From Octopus vulgaris (lineage: Eukaryota), in contig OX597816.1 of assembly GCA_951406725.2 (NCBI GenBank), positions 4,154,001 through 4,218,000 on the forward strand: a stretch of DNA of 64,000 nucleotides, given 5' to 3'. Shown piece after piece: positions 49,640 through 63,108 of this stretch (the first letter of the stretch is position 1; each line of letters begins with the position of its first letter). The translations under genes were made by a program, and so were the position numbers. The notes under the pieces are model-generated. The model saw only the letters and a program-made list of their open reading frames with translations, was not told the origin of the DNA and made no database searches.

Positions 49640-50021
49640 AACAATACGATTCGATCTGGCAATTATATTACACTTATTTGTTCAAATCTATAGTTAGATC
49701 TATTTGTGGAATCTGCAGATATTCTCAATAGAATTTAACTAAGAAAGAATGAGAGGTTGGTATGGGAACCTGTTGCAGAAACAAATATATAGCGAAGTTT
49801 CTTTAAGCAGACAATCTTGATAGCATCTGACGTCACTTGTCCCAAATGTAATCGGCTCCAACAACCAATGAAAACAAGGCATACTCTCAAACAATAACAT
49901 GCCTCCTCCCTATTTCTTTTAAAGGTTCTACAACAAAGAATTCAACAGAATCACGTTGTTAAGCTAGTTTACTCTCCATAAATTAAGCAACAGTACACTG
50001 TTTTCAAATGTAGGTGCAGTA

Positions 50022-50840
50022 AAGTGGCAAGCTGGCAGAATCGTTAGCACGCCGGGCGAAATGCTTAGCGGTATTTCGTCTGCCGTTACGTTCTGAGTTC
50101 AAATTCCGCCGAGGTCAACTTTGCCTTTCATCCTTTCGGGGTCGATTAAATAAGTACCAGTTGCACACTGGGGTCGATATAATCGACTTAATCCGTTTGT
50201 CTGTCCTTGCTTGTCCCCTCTGTGTTTAGCCCCTTGTGGTTAGTAAAGAAATAGGTATTTCGTCCGTCTTTATTCTGAGTTCAAATTCCACCGAGTTTGA
50301 GTTTGCCTTTCATCTTTTCTTGGTTGGTAAATTACGTACTTGTTGCATACTGAGGTCGATCTAATCGAATGGCCCTCCCTCCACAAATTTTAGGGCCTTG
50401 TGCCTAGAGTAGAAAAGTTTATCCTGAGTTCAAATTTTGTCGAGGTTGACGTTGCCGTTCATCCTGTCGGATCGATAAAATAAGTACCAGTTGAGTACTG
50501 CGGTCAATATAATCGGTGTAACCCCTTCCCCAAAGTTGCTGGCCTTGTACCAAAATCTGCTGCCAATTAAGTAGGTGCAGTCATTATCGCAGTTATTCGT
50601 TTAAATGCTTGCTTTCAGGTTCGATTCGATGGCAAGAACTCATAAATATCTTATACTGTGGTGGCCTATAGAGGGGACAAACAAGGACAGACCAAAAGGA
50701 TTAATTCGATTAGATCGACCCCAGTGCGTAACGCTACTTATTTAATCGACCTCGAAAGGATGAAAGGCCATGTCGACATCGGCGGAATTTGAACTCAAAC
50801 GTAAAGGTGTGCTAAGAATTCTGCCAGCACCCCGCCTTAT
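50022..50840. mobile_element. Cluster of family A SINEs (three tandem/nested plus copies to 50570, one minus copy 50665-50840)
   Basis: Repeated family A body; first tail joins at aaagaaata|ggtatttcg. Confidence 0.85.
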
Positions 50841-51093
50841 GCAAATTCGCTGATAATGAATGTGATTCTATTTTCATTAATTTACATAAATTATATTTGA
50901 AAATCTGTTATAAAACATTTATATTTAAACTTATATGTCTTCACAGAATATTTGCAACCCAGCACAGATGTTTACTACGATTGAAAGAGAATCCAAATGA
51001 ACGTAAGTACAACGTAACAAGAAGGAATATATTTTCCTGGGATTGTGTTTTCAAATGAACGCTCTGGGAATTAACTAACACCAAAGTTGTAAA

Positions 51094-51420
51094 TAGTGGA
51101 GGCACATGGCCTAGTGGTTAGAGCAGCGGACTCACGGTCGAAGGATATCGCGTGTTCGAATCTCAGACCGGAAGATGTGTGTGTTCATGAGCGAAACGCC
51201 CAAGCTCCATGCAACTCCGGCAGAAAGTAATGGCGACCTTCTGCTGACTCTTTCGCCACAACTTTCTCTCACTCTTTCCTCCTGCATCTAGCAGCTCACC
51301 TGAGACGGACCGGCCTTCGGTCCAGGTGGGGAACCTATACGCCAATGAAACCGGGAAACCTGCCCTTATGAGCCAGGTATGGCTCGAGAAGGAACAAGTT
51401 AACAACAACAACAACAAAGT
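51094..51420 (+). mobile_element. SINE with family C-like head and a third tail ending (AAC)n
   Basis: agtggaggcacatggcctagtggttagagcagcggactc...ggctcgagaaggaacaag..(aac)n. Confidence 0.8.
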
Positions 51421-51426
51421 TGTAAC

Positions 51427-51578
51427 TAAGGGTGTCCACAAAGTCTGGGTACATGGGGATTAACACATACTTCAAGAAATTATTATTTCTTATATTTAAT
51501 TGTTTATGTTATGATTTTATTTATTCCAGACTTTGTAGACACCCAGACTTTGTACCCAGACTTTGTAGACACCCTGTA
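51427..51578. mobile_element. Tc1/mariner MITE with a locally duplicated right TIR
   Basis: agggtgtccacaaagtctgggtaca / tgtacccagactttgtagacaccctgTA. Confidence 0.8.
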
Positions 51579-51841
51579 TATTAAATGAATTCCACTAAAA
51601 GTCCTATGTCTGCTGCGTCAGTGTTCAGGGAGGCCGTTGGCATTTTAAAAAAATACATGCAAATATATGCAAATTATTAATTATTTGGTTTGTAAGGTTT
51701 AATTAATTTCTTATTAAAAATGCTTGCGTAATTCAGAAAATTCAATTATTTCAACGGATGCTATACGGACTCATTACACAGTTCATTTTCTATGTGACCG
51801 ACAATTTTCAGCAGTAATCCTTCCAATATTATATGCTGTAT

Positions 51842-52165
51842 TGTGAAGGAGCGTGGCTCAGTGGTTAGGGCGTCCGGCTGACGATCGAAAGGTCGTGAGT
51901 TTAATCCTCGGCGAAGCCTTTATTTCACGGCGACACTTTATTTCACGTTGCTCCAGTCCACTCCACTCAGCTGGCAAAAATGAATTGTATCTGTAATTCA
52001 AAGGGTCAACCTTGTCACACTCTGTGTCACGCTGAATCTTCTGGAGAATTCCTTTTAGAGTACGTGTGTCTGTAGAATGCTCAGCCACTTGCAAATTAAT
52101 TTCAGGAGCAAGCTGTTACGTTGACTGGATCAACTGGAACCCTCGTCGTCGTAATCGACGGAGTA
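51842..52165 (+). mobile_element. SINE with family D-type head and tail X
   Basis: Homologous to 38262-38585. Confidence 0.82.
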
Positions 52166-52189
52166 TCAGTATCAGAATATGCTGTATTT

Positions 52190-52400
52190 AGGTAGTCAGC
52201 TGGCAAAGTCATTTAGCAGGCCGGACAAAATGCTTGGCAGCATTTGGTCCATCTTTGCATTCTGAGTTCAAATTCCGCCGAGATCCACTTTATCTTTCAT
52301 CCTTTCGGGGTCGATAAAATGAGTACTAGGGGTTAATGTAGTCGATTACCCCACTCCCGCCCCTCCCGACATTGTTGGCCTTGTGCCAAATTTTGCTACC
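52190..52400 (+). mobile_element. SINE family A, diverged
   Basis: ttctgagttcaaattccgccgag...tttcatcctttcggggtcgataaaatgagtac. Confidence 0.75.
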
Positions 52401-53239
52401 AACATTATATACTATATAAAATGCTTCTTCTGTAATTCAATCTTTATTGATATATTAGCTGCTACTCGGATGATTTCTCCTAACAATATCTTAATGCTCT
52501 TCCGATGCAACGTTCTGGTAATCCCCAAATCTGTAACGCTCCATTTTAGCTTTCCATAACTTCGATCACATATCTATCGACTTCTGACCCCAACACTATT
52601 GACACATGTACTCTAAAAAAAGTCTGGGAACAAGAACGCGTTTTAAACATTGAAAGCAGAACATCTCTCTGATCTTACCGACATCCTTACCCTCTGTATT
52701 CATATTTATCGATGCACTGTATTCATATTTATCGATGTACTTTGGTGTGTGCTTTATTGAGTGTGTATATTCTGCCTTTCAGCTCTTCCACTGCGTGTTT
52801 GTATCACTGTTCCTTTTTTTCTGTTCCAATTTCATGTGTCTTCCTTATTTCTTTCTCATGCAATGCTCTTTCCTATCACCACTTGTTTAAGAATGAGATT
52901 TTTGTGGTTCTATACAGTGCGCCATATCTCTTATGATGGCACAATGTATAGATAGGATGATGAATGTACTGCTTGAATTAATGAAGAATAATATTTAAAG
53001 TACATATGCTTTCTCAGGTTAATTTTTTCGTTAAACACATTCTTACAATTTCTAGCTCATTTAGAGCCATGACAGATCCCTGATACAAACATGAAGCTTA
53101 GGATGTCTAGGTAAATGCATGGGTTGCAAATAAATATTTCAGAATATCAGAATATATATATATATGTCTTTCTTTTACATTTAGAAATGAGTTTGCGTTG
53201 CAAATAAATAATTCAAAATATCAGAATATAAATATGTGA

Positions 53240-53447
53240 CCTCGTGAGTACCGCCAGCGATTTTTTTCCCTCTGTCTTCCCTTCTCGGGATCTTTCCTTC
53301 TCCTATGTTTCCGACTAAGAGCTCCGCTCGAAACGTTAAACCCTCCTTCTTCCCTTCTTTCCTGAGCGTCCAATTATACTATATTTGTTCCACGTCCTCG
53401 CGTTGCGGTTTTTTTTTTTTTTTGTGTTTTCTTGTTTGGATTAACTA
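53240..53447 (+). mobile_element. PLE-type non-autonomous repeat with variant hammerhead motif
   Basis: gttt-CCGACTA-a-gagc-tcc-gctc-GAAA-cgTT-aaac at 53307-53341. Confidence 0.5.
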
Positions 53448-53699
53448 TATATATATATATAGGTTTTGCTTACAGGTCATCAGTGTTCTTTCTGTTATTG
53501 TTACAAATAGAGAGTCAATACAACCTTGACTCTCATGTATTGATATTAATACTCAGAGAGAATGATCTTTTGCAAATGGCGTGGCGGTGTGTTTGTTGAA
53601 ACCTGTTTTAGGCAAGGTCCAATGGTTTACTGTACTTCTATGTATTTGGTGAATGTTGTTTTCCATCCAATGCCTCAATAGATACGGTTTAGTACCGGG

Positions 53700-54084
53700 A
53701 AGCATCCCGTCGGTTACGAAGACAAGGGTTCCGGTTGATCCGAATCAACGGAACAGCCTGCTCGTGAAATTAACGTGTATGTGGCTGAGCACTCCACAGA
53801 CACGTGTACCCTTAACGCAGTTCTCGGGGATATTCAGCGTGACACAGAGAGTGACAAGGCCGGCCCTTTGAAAATACAGGTACAACAGAAACAGGAAGAA
53901 AGAGTGAGAGAAAGTTGTGGTGAAAGAGTACAGCAGGGATCACCACCATCCCCTGCCGGAGCCTCGTGGAGCTTTTTAGGTGTTTTCGCTCAATAAACAC
54001 TCACAACGCCTGGTCTGGGAATCGAAACCGCGATCCTACGACCGCGAGTCCGCTGCCCTAACCACTGGGCCATTGCGCTTCCAC
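53700..54084 (-). mobile_element. SINE family C with tail X, full length
   Basis: Reverse complement of 20801-21188. Confidence 0.9.
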
Positions 54085-54299
54085 CGGTTTAGTACTATGG
54101 GTGTGTGTGTGTGTGTGTGTGTGTGTAGGTGCGCGCCTCTGTATGTGTGTATGTCATTGCTTATATGATTGCTTATATCTGTCGTCGTATATTTATTGTC
54201 GTGAGCGGCTACTTGTCTGATTTGAACTTACTGTTCGTGGCTCGATTCTTGTGAATTTCAATTCGTGTCTTTAATTCAACAAAACGAACAGACAGTAAA

Positions 54300-54900
54300 G
54301 CACAACTCGGTTGACGACTGCTTCGGTGTAAAAGTGAGAAACGTAGCAGAACCGTTCGTAGCATTAATAAGCAGAAACCTGCCAATGGGATATAAATACC
54401 ATAAAGTATTCAATAAAAAATCGTTAGAGATGCTGCATCATAATAAAATCTTAGCAAATAATATGCAGTCATTGAATGCCTTCATACCAAGGAACACGCA
54501 ACACTTAGCCGAAACAACATACAAATTCACTAAAACAAGAATTAGCTAGTTTCGTGCGAACTGCCTAAAACCAGATGTAACCCCCAAAACAATTCTATCA
54601 CAAAAAGAACCAACTTAACAGAATTGCATCTGTGCTATTAGTGAAACCTTAAATGACAAATATACACAACGCAAACAGATTTCCAACTGTAAAAGAAAGA
54701 CATAAGACATGTTTATCTAAACACTTCTAAAAGTAAAATGGAAACAATATAACCGCAAATATAAAGAAGAAAGTAATAGATTTTACCCTGTGATTTCGGA
54801 GTCTGTTGTATGTGCATCACACAAAAGGAAACCCATATTAAAGAAGAGAAATGAAAGAAAGTCTTATCATGCTACCGACACCAAAATATATTCCTTTACA
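54300..54900 (+). pseudogene. Penelope-like element ORF remnant (C-terminal region)
   Basis: NVAEPFVALISRNLPMGYKYHKVFNKKSL...HNKIL resembles NIGKxFLxLIDKHFP..HKLHKIFN; downstream LxKRNE...RHQN terminal motif. Confidence 0.68.
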
Positions 54901-56354
54901 AAAGAATCAATGAAGCACCAACACGAGATAACACTACGAGCAACTCCCACCTCATACAAATACAAATAACAATACTAAATAATACAATACAAACATCCAA
55001 ACACTCCCCCCCCCCCAAAAAAAAAATTCAATAAAAAATAGTGTAATAAGATAACCAGTCGTGAAATACAGAAAATAACAGTCCAAAACCAACTGGTTAG
55101 TTTCAGCAATATATATAAAGAAACAAGTATAAGGAGTTTAAAAGTTCTCGCCTGAGTATCGCAGGTGCATGAAACTAGAGTCATGTAGCACATTATTTAC
55201 ATGTATGTGTACACATGTCAATCACCGTTTGTGCGTATTCATATGTGTCTGTGTGTGTGTCTGTGTGTGCGTGTGTGTTTATATATATGTGTGTGTGTGT
55301 GGGGGACAACAATGAAACAGTAAAATTTAGTTAGAATCGACGAATTCAGAAACCGCGATATCATGGTTTTCATTTAACCTTCGGCGGGCCAATAAATTCA
55401 AAACCACACGCATTTAGGTCCCTGCTACATTTGGAAAATTCAGAACGAAAGAAATTCCATACAGTCAATGCATCTGTCATTCATAATCTTCCTATTCTGT
55501 GATGATGCTTCCATTTTTCTGGTCGGGTTTTCAATAAAATCCACATAGAGTAACAGCAGCATTAAATCTCTGAATATTTTAACATCCAGTGTTCCTAGGA
55601 TCACGTTTTAGTCACTTAGCCATATAGAATTACTCTCCTATGAATTATCTCCAAGCTAACTTCAGCAGCATTGAATCTATTCTATACAGTCATAAACTCG
55701 GATGACCTGAACACGTAGCGCTTGGGGTTACTAGCGTCCCTCTGTAGGATATACATCTTGGTTCGCTCAACGCTCACTTTGGTCGACTCGCTGTTAGACA
55801 GGGATTAAAGTTATGGAACTCCATCATAAGCAAATATCAGTGTGTCTGTGTCTGTGTGTCTGTGTGCTTGTGTGTGCTAGGACGTGTTCTTGGGTATATG
55901 TGTGTATAAATGTCGTAATTTTAGAGAATCTTGCATTAAATCAGATTTATAGACTTAGAATTGTTGCGAAAACAGTTTTATAAATCGAGACAATATGGAC
56001 CGCACTTTGTAACGGAACGACTCTGGGGTATGTGTCTCCTTAGGTAATTTCAGGAGGTGTATATATATATATATAAGAGACATATGGACCGAGCTCTGTA
56101 ACGGAACGACTCCGGGGTATATGTGTCTCCTCAGGTAATTTCAAGAGGTATCTCATTAAAATCAAATTGTATAGTATCCCATCTGAGAGAGATTGATGCT
56201 AGATGGGTCGAAACGACTGTAATGATCAATAAAGATTCTCGTATCTTCCGTATTCTATCTCTCTCATTAATCACATACCCAATGAACTCTGAGCCAGTGA
56301 ACCCGCTTTACCGTCAACAAACAGGTATATAGCATACGATTTATTAATATATAT

Positions 56355-56760
56355 CAGGAGTGACTGTGTGGTAAGTAGCTTGCTTACCAACCATATGGTT
56401 CCGGCCTCAGTCCCACTGCGTGGTACCTTGGGCAAGTGTCTTCTACTATAGCCTCGGGCCGACCAAAGCCTTGTGAGTGGATTTGGTAGACGGAAACTTA
56501 AAGAAGCCCGTCGTATATATATTTATATGTATATATGTGTATGTGTGTGTATATGTTTGTGTGTTTACGTTTGTACCCGCAACATCGCTTGACAACCGAT
56601 GCTGGTGCCTTCACGTCTCCGTAACTTAGCGGTTCGGCAAAATAGACCGATAGAATAAGTACTAAGTCTTAGAATTTATAAGTCCTAGGATCGATTTGTT
56701 CGACTAAAGTTGGTGCTCCGGCATGACTGCAGTCAAATGACTGAAACAAGTAAAAGAATA
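56355..56760 (+). mobile_element. SINE family B, full length
   Basis: Homology to other family B copies. Confidence 0.9.
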
Positions 56761-56781
56761 AAAAATAATAATAAAAGAATA

Positions 56782-56834
<53 letters not shown>

Positions 56835-56844
56835 CACATTATCT

Positions 56845-57130
56845 GGCTGGTACAGCATAATACCAGATATCCCGTCTTCCTCATCTGGAATAAGGACCAA
56901 GTACTACAACAGTGTGTATTTGTGGGACCACAATTTTTTAACATCCAACCAAAGAACCTCAGAAATTCGCGAGGTGTAGATGTGGAGAGCTTCAGAAAGC
57001 ACGGGGACAAATCTCTCTCTGAAATCCCAGATGAACTCCCATCACAGCAGGAGGCACGAAGAGTAGCAGTTGCGTGCAACTCGTTTCTTCATCAAAAAGG
57101 CTACAGAAAAGAGATCCAAACACACTGAGA
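56845..57130 (+). mobile_element. CR1-type LINE 3' fragment
   Basis: IRTKYYNS...GPQFFNIQPKNLRNSRGVDVESFRKHGDKSLSEIPDE; homologous to 36420-36760. Confidence 0.72.
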
Positions 57131-57197
57131 GGCTGTGCTCTAGTATGGCCCTAGCCTTTGCCCGAAACCAGCAAAAGACAAACGATAAATGTATATA

Positions 57198-57726
57198 GGC
57201 GCAGGAGTGGCTGTGTGGTAAGTAGCTTGCTAACCAACCACATGGTTCCGGGTTCAGTCCCACTGCGTGGCATCTTGGGCAAGTGTCTTCTGTTATAGCC
57301 CTGGGCCGACCAATGCCTTGTGAGTGGATTTGGTAGACGGAAACTGAAAGAAGCCTGTCGTATATATGTATATATGTATATATATGTATATATGTATGTG
57401 TGTATATGTTTGTATGTCTGTGTTTGTTCCCCTAGCATTGCTTGACAACCGATGCTGGTGTGTATACGTCCCCGTCACTTAGTGGTTCGGCAAAAGAGAC
57501 CGATAGAATAAGTACTGGGCTTACAAAAGAATAAGTCCCGGGGTCGATTTGCTCGACTAAAAGGCGGTGCTCCAGCATGGCCGCGGTCAAATGACTGAAA
57601 CAAGTAAAAGAGACCGATAGAATAAGTACTGGGCTTACAAAGAATAAGTCCCGGGGATCGATTTGCTCGACTAAAGGCGGTGCTCCAGCATGGCCGCAGT
57701 CAAATGACTGAAACAAGTAAAAGAGT
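57198..57726 (+). mobile_element. SINE family B with tandem duplication of its 3' ~115 bp
   Basis: aaaagagaccgatagaataag...gaaacaagtaaaagag occurs twice. Confidence 0.9.
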
Positions 57727-58210
57727 AAATTGCTTGTGTGTGTGTGTGTAATAGCTTCTCGGCTCGATTCCTTTACAAGCTTTTTGTCAAAATCCACAAT
57801 ATCCATAACCTCATTTTAAACACGCTATATAAGAATTATATACTCCTGGCATAGAGTTCGATGGAGAAAAAAAAAAGTACATAATGTTAAATGTAACCAA
57901 CGTTAGATAAAAATTTGCCAGGATGCTTTTAAATACGTGCGCCTCTGTAACGGAAATTACTACTTAAAGGAAAGAAATTTAATTACTATTTCGGAAGAAT
58001 CGATATGCTTATCTATGTAAGTCATAGGGACTCTACCAATCGTTCTTCTCATAAAAGTGTTTGGTTAACTGTAAAATAATCAGCAGTGGTACGTTTGAAG
58101 GGGTTTTATCAGCATTTTAATGATAAGGGAGGCGAATTAATGCGCTTATAGTAACATGTGGATATACGTGGTTTAGAGTTTTTATGCGACGACAAATTCA
58201 GTATGGCAGA

Positions 58211-58283
<73 letters not shown>

Positions 58284-58423
58284 TCTTTCTTTCTTTTTTT
58301 CTTCTCTTCTTTCTTCCCTTCTTTCTTTATTTTTTCTTTCTCATTCACTCAGGTAAAAACACCTATACACATACACACAGGCACGCACCAACACACAGGC
58401 ACACACAGACACACAGACACAGA

Positions 58424-58472
<49 letters not shown>

Positions 58473-58787
58473 ACATATTCTCGACGGATGAGAATCCAGC
58501 ATCCAGCTGTCAGATTACCCCCAAAAACATAGGATTTGTTATCAGTGGAGGAGGCTGGTGTAAGGAGCAGCCAAACCTTTTGGAGATGCTGATTGCAGAA
58601 AAAGTCGGTGCAAATGTTTGCCACAAACAATATCTGGCATAGCTCAGGTGTTTGTTTTCTGTTTCACATCTCTATCTCCTGAATCAGTTGTCTTCGCTAC
58701 TGTTTAGGGTCCAACAGCCCCACCCGCCATCCTGGAAGAATAAGTGGGAAACTGGGTATCAATCCAGAAGGTGCAAAGTTCTCGCGA

Positions 58788-59089
58788 ATACATACATACA
58801 CACATACATACATACATACATTCCCACATACATACATACTTACATACATACTTACATACATTCACACATTCACACATACATACATACATACACACACACA
58901 TACATACATTCACACATACATACATACATACATACATACATACATACATACATACATACATACATACATACATACATACATACATACACACATACATACA
59001 TACATTCACACATTCACACATACATACATACATACACACACATACATACATACATACTTACATACATACATACATACATACATACTTAC

Positions 59090-59120
<31 letters not shown>

Positions 59121-59405
59121 CATACATACATTCATACATACATACACACATACATACATACATTCACACATACATACATACTTACATACGTACATACATA
59201 CACACATACATTCACACATACATATATACATACATACATACACACATACATTCACATATACATACATACACACATACATACATACATACACACATACACA
59301 CATACATACATACATACACACATACATACATACATACATACATTCATACACACATACATACATACATACATTCATACATACATACATACACACACACACA
59401 TACAC

Positions 59406-59438
<33 letters not shown>

Positions 59439-59637
59439 CACACATACATACATACATACATACATACATACATACATACATACATACATACACACATACA
59501 TACATACATACATTCACACATTCACACATACATACACACACACACACATACACATTTACATACATACATACATACATACACACATACATACATACATACA
59601 TACATACATACATACATACATACATACATACATACAC
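58788..59637. repeat. (TACA)n compound microsatellite
   Basis: Direct inspection. Confidence 0.95.
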
Positions 59638-60660
59638 AGAGAGACTCACAAAGACATGGACACCTATTCTTACCCTTACAAATGAGAACAGAATAATTGT
59701 TTCTGATAGTATAGACATTACGAAGGGAATATTCCAGGGAGAGAGTCTTTCTGTACTTCTTTTCATTTTGGCACTGACCCCATTATCGTTCCTTCTACAG
59801 AAAACAAATGGTTACATGCTAGGATCTTCAACTGCTAGAAATATCAATGTAAGTCACAATTTCTTTGTAGACGACCTTAAGATTTATGCTAAAAGTGTTA
59901 ACATTTGCCAAAAAACAACCGGAATTAATAACATTTTCAGCTGATATAGGCATGGAATTTGGCCAAAAGAAATGTTCATATTTGGTTATAGAACGAGAAA
60001 AGTCAGTCTCCCAAACCCCAAACCTGTGCATCAACGGTCTCTCTACCTCCCCCCTTTGCATACAATGTTACAAGTACCTTGGCGTAGGTGAATATATATT
60101 ATATGGGGGTACTGGGAAGAAAAATAGAGTGACCCGAGAATATTACACCAGACTTAGGAGAATATGGCAGTCGGGACTCTCTTCTTACAACAAAATAATA
60201 TCCCACAATGCATTTGCAGTAATAGTTCTGATCCCAACATTTGGGATACTTGATTGGTCGGTAGAGGAAATTGACTCCATAGATATCAAAACCCGCAAAA
60301 TCCTTACAACAACTGGGAACTTCCACAGAAACAGTGATGTTGATAGTCGCCACCTAAGACTGAATGAAATTGGCAGAGGCCTGAGATCAGTGCAGACGGC
60401 CGTCGAATGCCGTATGGTATCACTCAGGCTGCTCGAGCTAAACAACAGCAGCAAAAGTAAATATATAAATGCAGTCCTGAAAATACTAGTGGCCCGCTAG
60501 AAATTAAAAACCAAAACGGAATTAATATATAAAGGGTGCAAAATAGCACCAGCGATTGCTAAAAATAAGAGTCAAGATTAATTCTGAAACCTACAAAAAT
60601 CACTAACCTTATTATATTTACAAGAAGCTGGCACAGCAATTGCACAAAAGTGTATCACAA
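59638..60660 (+). mobile_element. R4/Dong-clade LINE RT fragment (second lineage), disrupted
   Basis: KGIFQGESLSVLLFILALTPLS...HNFFVDDLKIYA...DIGMEFGQKKC...YKYLGV...IDIKTRKIL...GRGL. Confidence 0.9.
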
Positions 60661-60809
60661 GACATCAATTGAAATAGTTGGACAAAGCATTATCACAAGT
60701 CATCATTGGATAATACCGGACGGACCTGGTGCTTCAACTTAAGTACCTAATTCAACTGAATCTCAATTATTTCTCATACAGATATAAAGTATATAATATT
60801 TTGATGGGG

Positions 60810-60886
<77 letters not shown>

Positions 60887-60940
60887 ACTATCTATCTATC
60901 TATCTATCTCTCCGTACATCTATATGTGTGTGTTTGTGTT

Positions 60941-61425
60941 CTTTTGCATGTTTCAGTCATTGGACTGCAGCTACGCGGTACCACCAACTTCTAGTCGAAG
61001 AAATCGAGCCCATGACATATTCATTGTAAGCCTGGTATTTATCCTATCCGCTAATTTGATGAACTACCACATTACGGGGACATAAACACACCAAGATCGG
61101 TTGTCAAGCGACGGAAGAGAGACAAACACAGACACAATGACACACACAAATAAATATTCACACACACTCACACACAGAAACACATACACACACAAAATCC
61201 CCCCTTACACACACATACGCACGGACACACACACACACACAAAAACACACACACACACACACACATATATACGATGGGTTTCGTTCAGTTTCCGTCTACC
61301 GATTCCACTCACAAGTCTTTGATCGGCCAGAGGTATAGTAGAAGACACTTAACCAAGATACCACGCAGCGGGACTGAACCCGGAACCAAGTTGTTGGGAA
61401 GCAAGCTTCTTAGCACACATCAACG
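60941..61425 (-). mobile_element. SINE family B, diverged
   Basis: Homology to other family B copies. Confidence 0.8.
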
Positions 61426-61496
61426 CATATATATATATACATATATATGTGTGTGTGTGTTTGTGTATATATATATATATTACTCTTTACGCTTTT

Positions 61497-61870
61497 ACTC
61501 TTTTACTTGTTTCAGTCATTTGACTGCGGCCATGCTGGAGCACCGCCTTTAGTCGAGCAAATCGACCCCGGGACTTATTCTTTGTAAGCCCAGTACTTAT
61601 TCTATCGGTCTCTTTTTGCCGAACCGCTAGGTGACGGGGACGTAAACACACCGGCATCGGTTGTCAAGCAATGCTAGGGGGATAAACACAAACACACACA
61701 CACACATATATACGACAGGCTTCTTTTCAGTTTCCGTCTACCAAATCCACTCACAAGGCATTGGTCGGCCCGGGGCTATAGCAGAAGACACTTGCCCAAG
61801 ATGCCACGCAATGGGACTGAACCCGGAACCATGTGGTTGGTAAACAAGCTACTTACCACACAACCACTCT
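61497..61870 (-). mobile_element. SINE family B, full length
   Basis: Homology to other family B copies. Confidence 0.9.
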
Positions 61871-62434
61871 AATATGTATATATATATATTAGAGACGCAC
61901 AAATATACATACATACATACATATATATACTTATTACACACACACATTTATATAAAGACGATACATATATGCAGAGATAGAGAGAGAGAGAGAGAGAGGA
62001 GTAAAAGGAGAGAGAGAGAGAAAATCTAACTTCTCCTCCTGCTCACACAAGTACACGCATGTATAACTTCAATTACCGTGCGCATGTATGCATGGGTGTA
62101 TATGTATAGAGAGCGTGAGAGTGTAAAAGCTGAATAATTCGATTGAGAAGCTGGAGGCACGTGTGTCGGCTGCCATTATTGAGGCTCCTTAGAAATTCAC
62201 TGAAATCCCATTACTGCAAATTTACAATTACTAGCAAATACACAATGTATACACCTCGTCGCTGCACACACCTTGTATTTCGTGTTTCGTTTTACCTCAA
62301 AACACGATCGATCGATATAAATAGTGTGAATTTGCTTGTTCTCTAGCGATGTTCCACAATGAATATGAGAAGAAAAAATACCTTTGAATAGCAGAGGATT
62401 TAATAGAGAGAGAGAGGAATATAAATACAAATTA

Positions 62435-62435
62435 C

Positions 62436-62488
<53 letters not shown>

Positions 62489-62492
62489 TGTG

Positions 62493-62534
<42 letters not shown>

Positions 62535-62726
62535 CATGTATGTCAGTATTTATGTATACAAACATGTATGCATGTATATACGTATGTATATGTGTGTCTG
62601 TGTAGATATGTGTGTGTGTTTATATTTGTATAAATATATATGTATGTATATATATATATATATATATGTGTATATAAGCATGTATGTAAGTATTTATGTA
62701 TGTAAGCATGTATGCCTGTATATATG

Positions 62727-62757
<31 letters not shown>

Positions 62758-62796
62758 CTGTGTATATATGTGTGTGTGTGTTTGTATGTAGGTATG

Positions 62797-62836
<40 letters not shown>

Positions 62837-63108
62837 CATGTATGTCAGTATTTATGTATACAAACATGTATGCATGTATATACGTATGTATATGTGTGTC
62901 TGTGTAGATATGTGTGTGCGTTTATATTTGTATAAATATATATGTATGTATATATATATATATATGTGTATATAAGCATGTATGTAAGTATTTATGTATG
63001 TAAGCATGTATGCCTGTATATATGTATATATATATATGTGTGTGTGTCTGTGTCTGTGTATATATGTGTGTGTGTTTGTATGTAGGTATGTAGGTATGTA
63101 TGTGTATA
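62435..63108. repeat. Tandem duplication (~300-bp period) of a compound TA/TG microsatellite block
   Basis: aaagcatgtatgtcagtatttatgtatacaaac at about 62531 and 62834. Confidence 0.85.

Noticed and set aside
58470-58790. Higher-complexity island between microsatellites as an exon
   Set aside because: No recognisable protein motif or consistent splice sites; more likely a decayed retroelement fragment.
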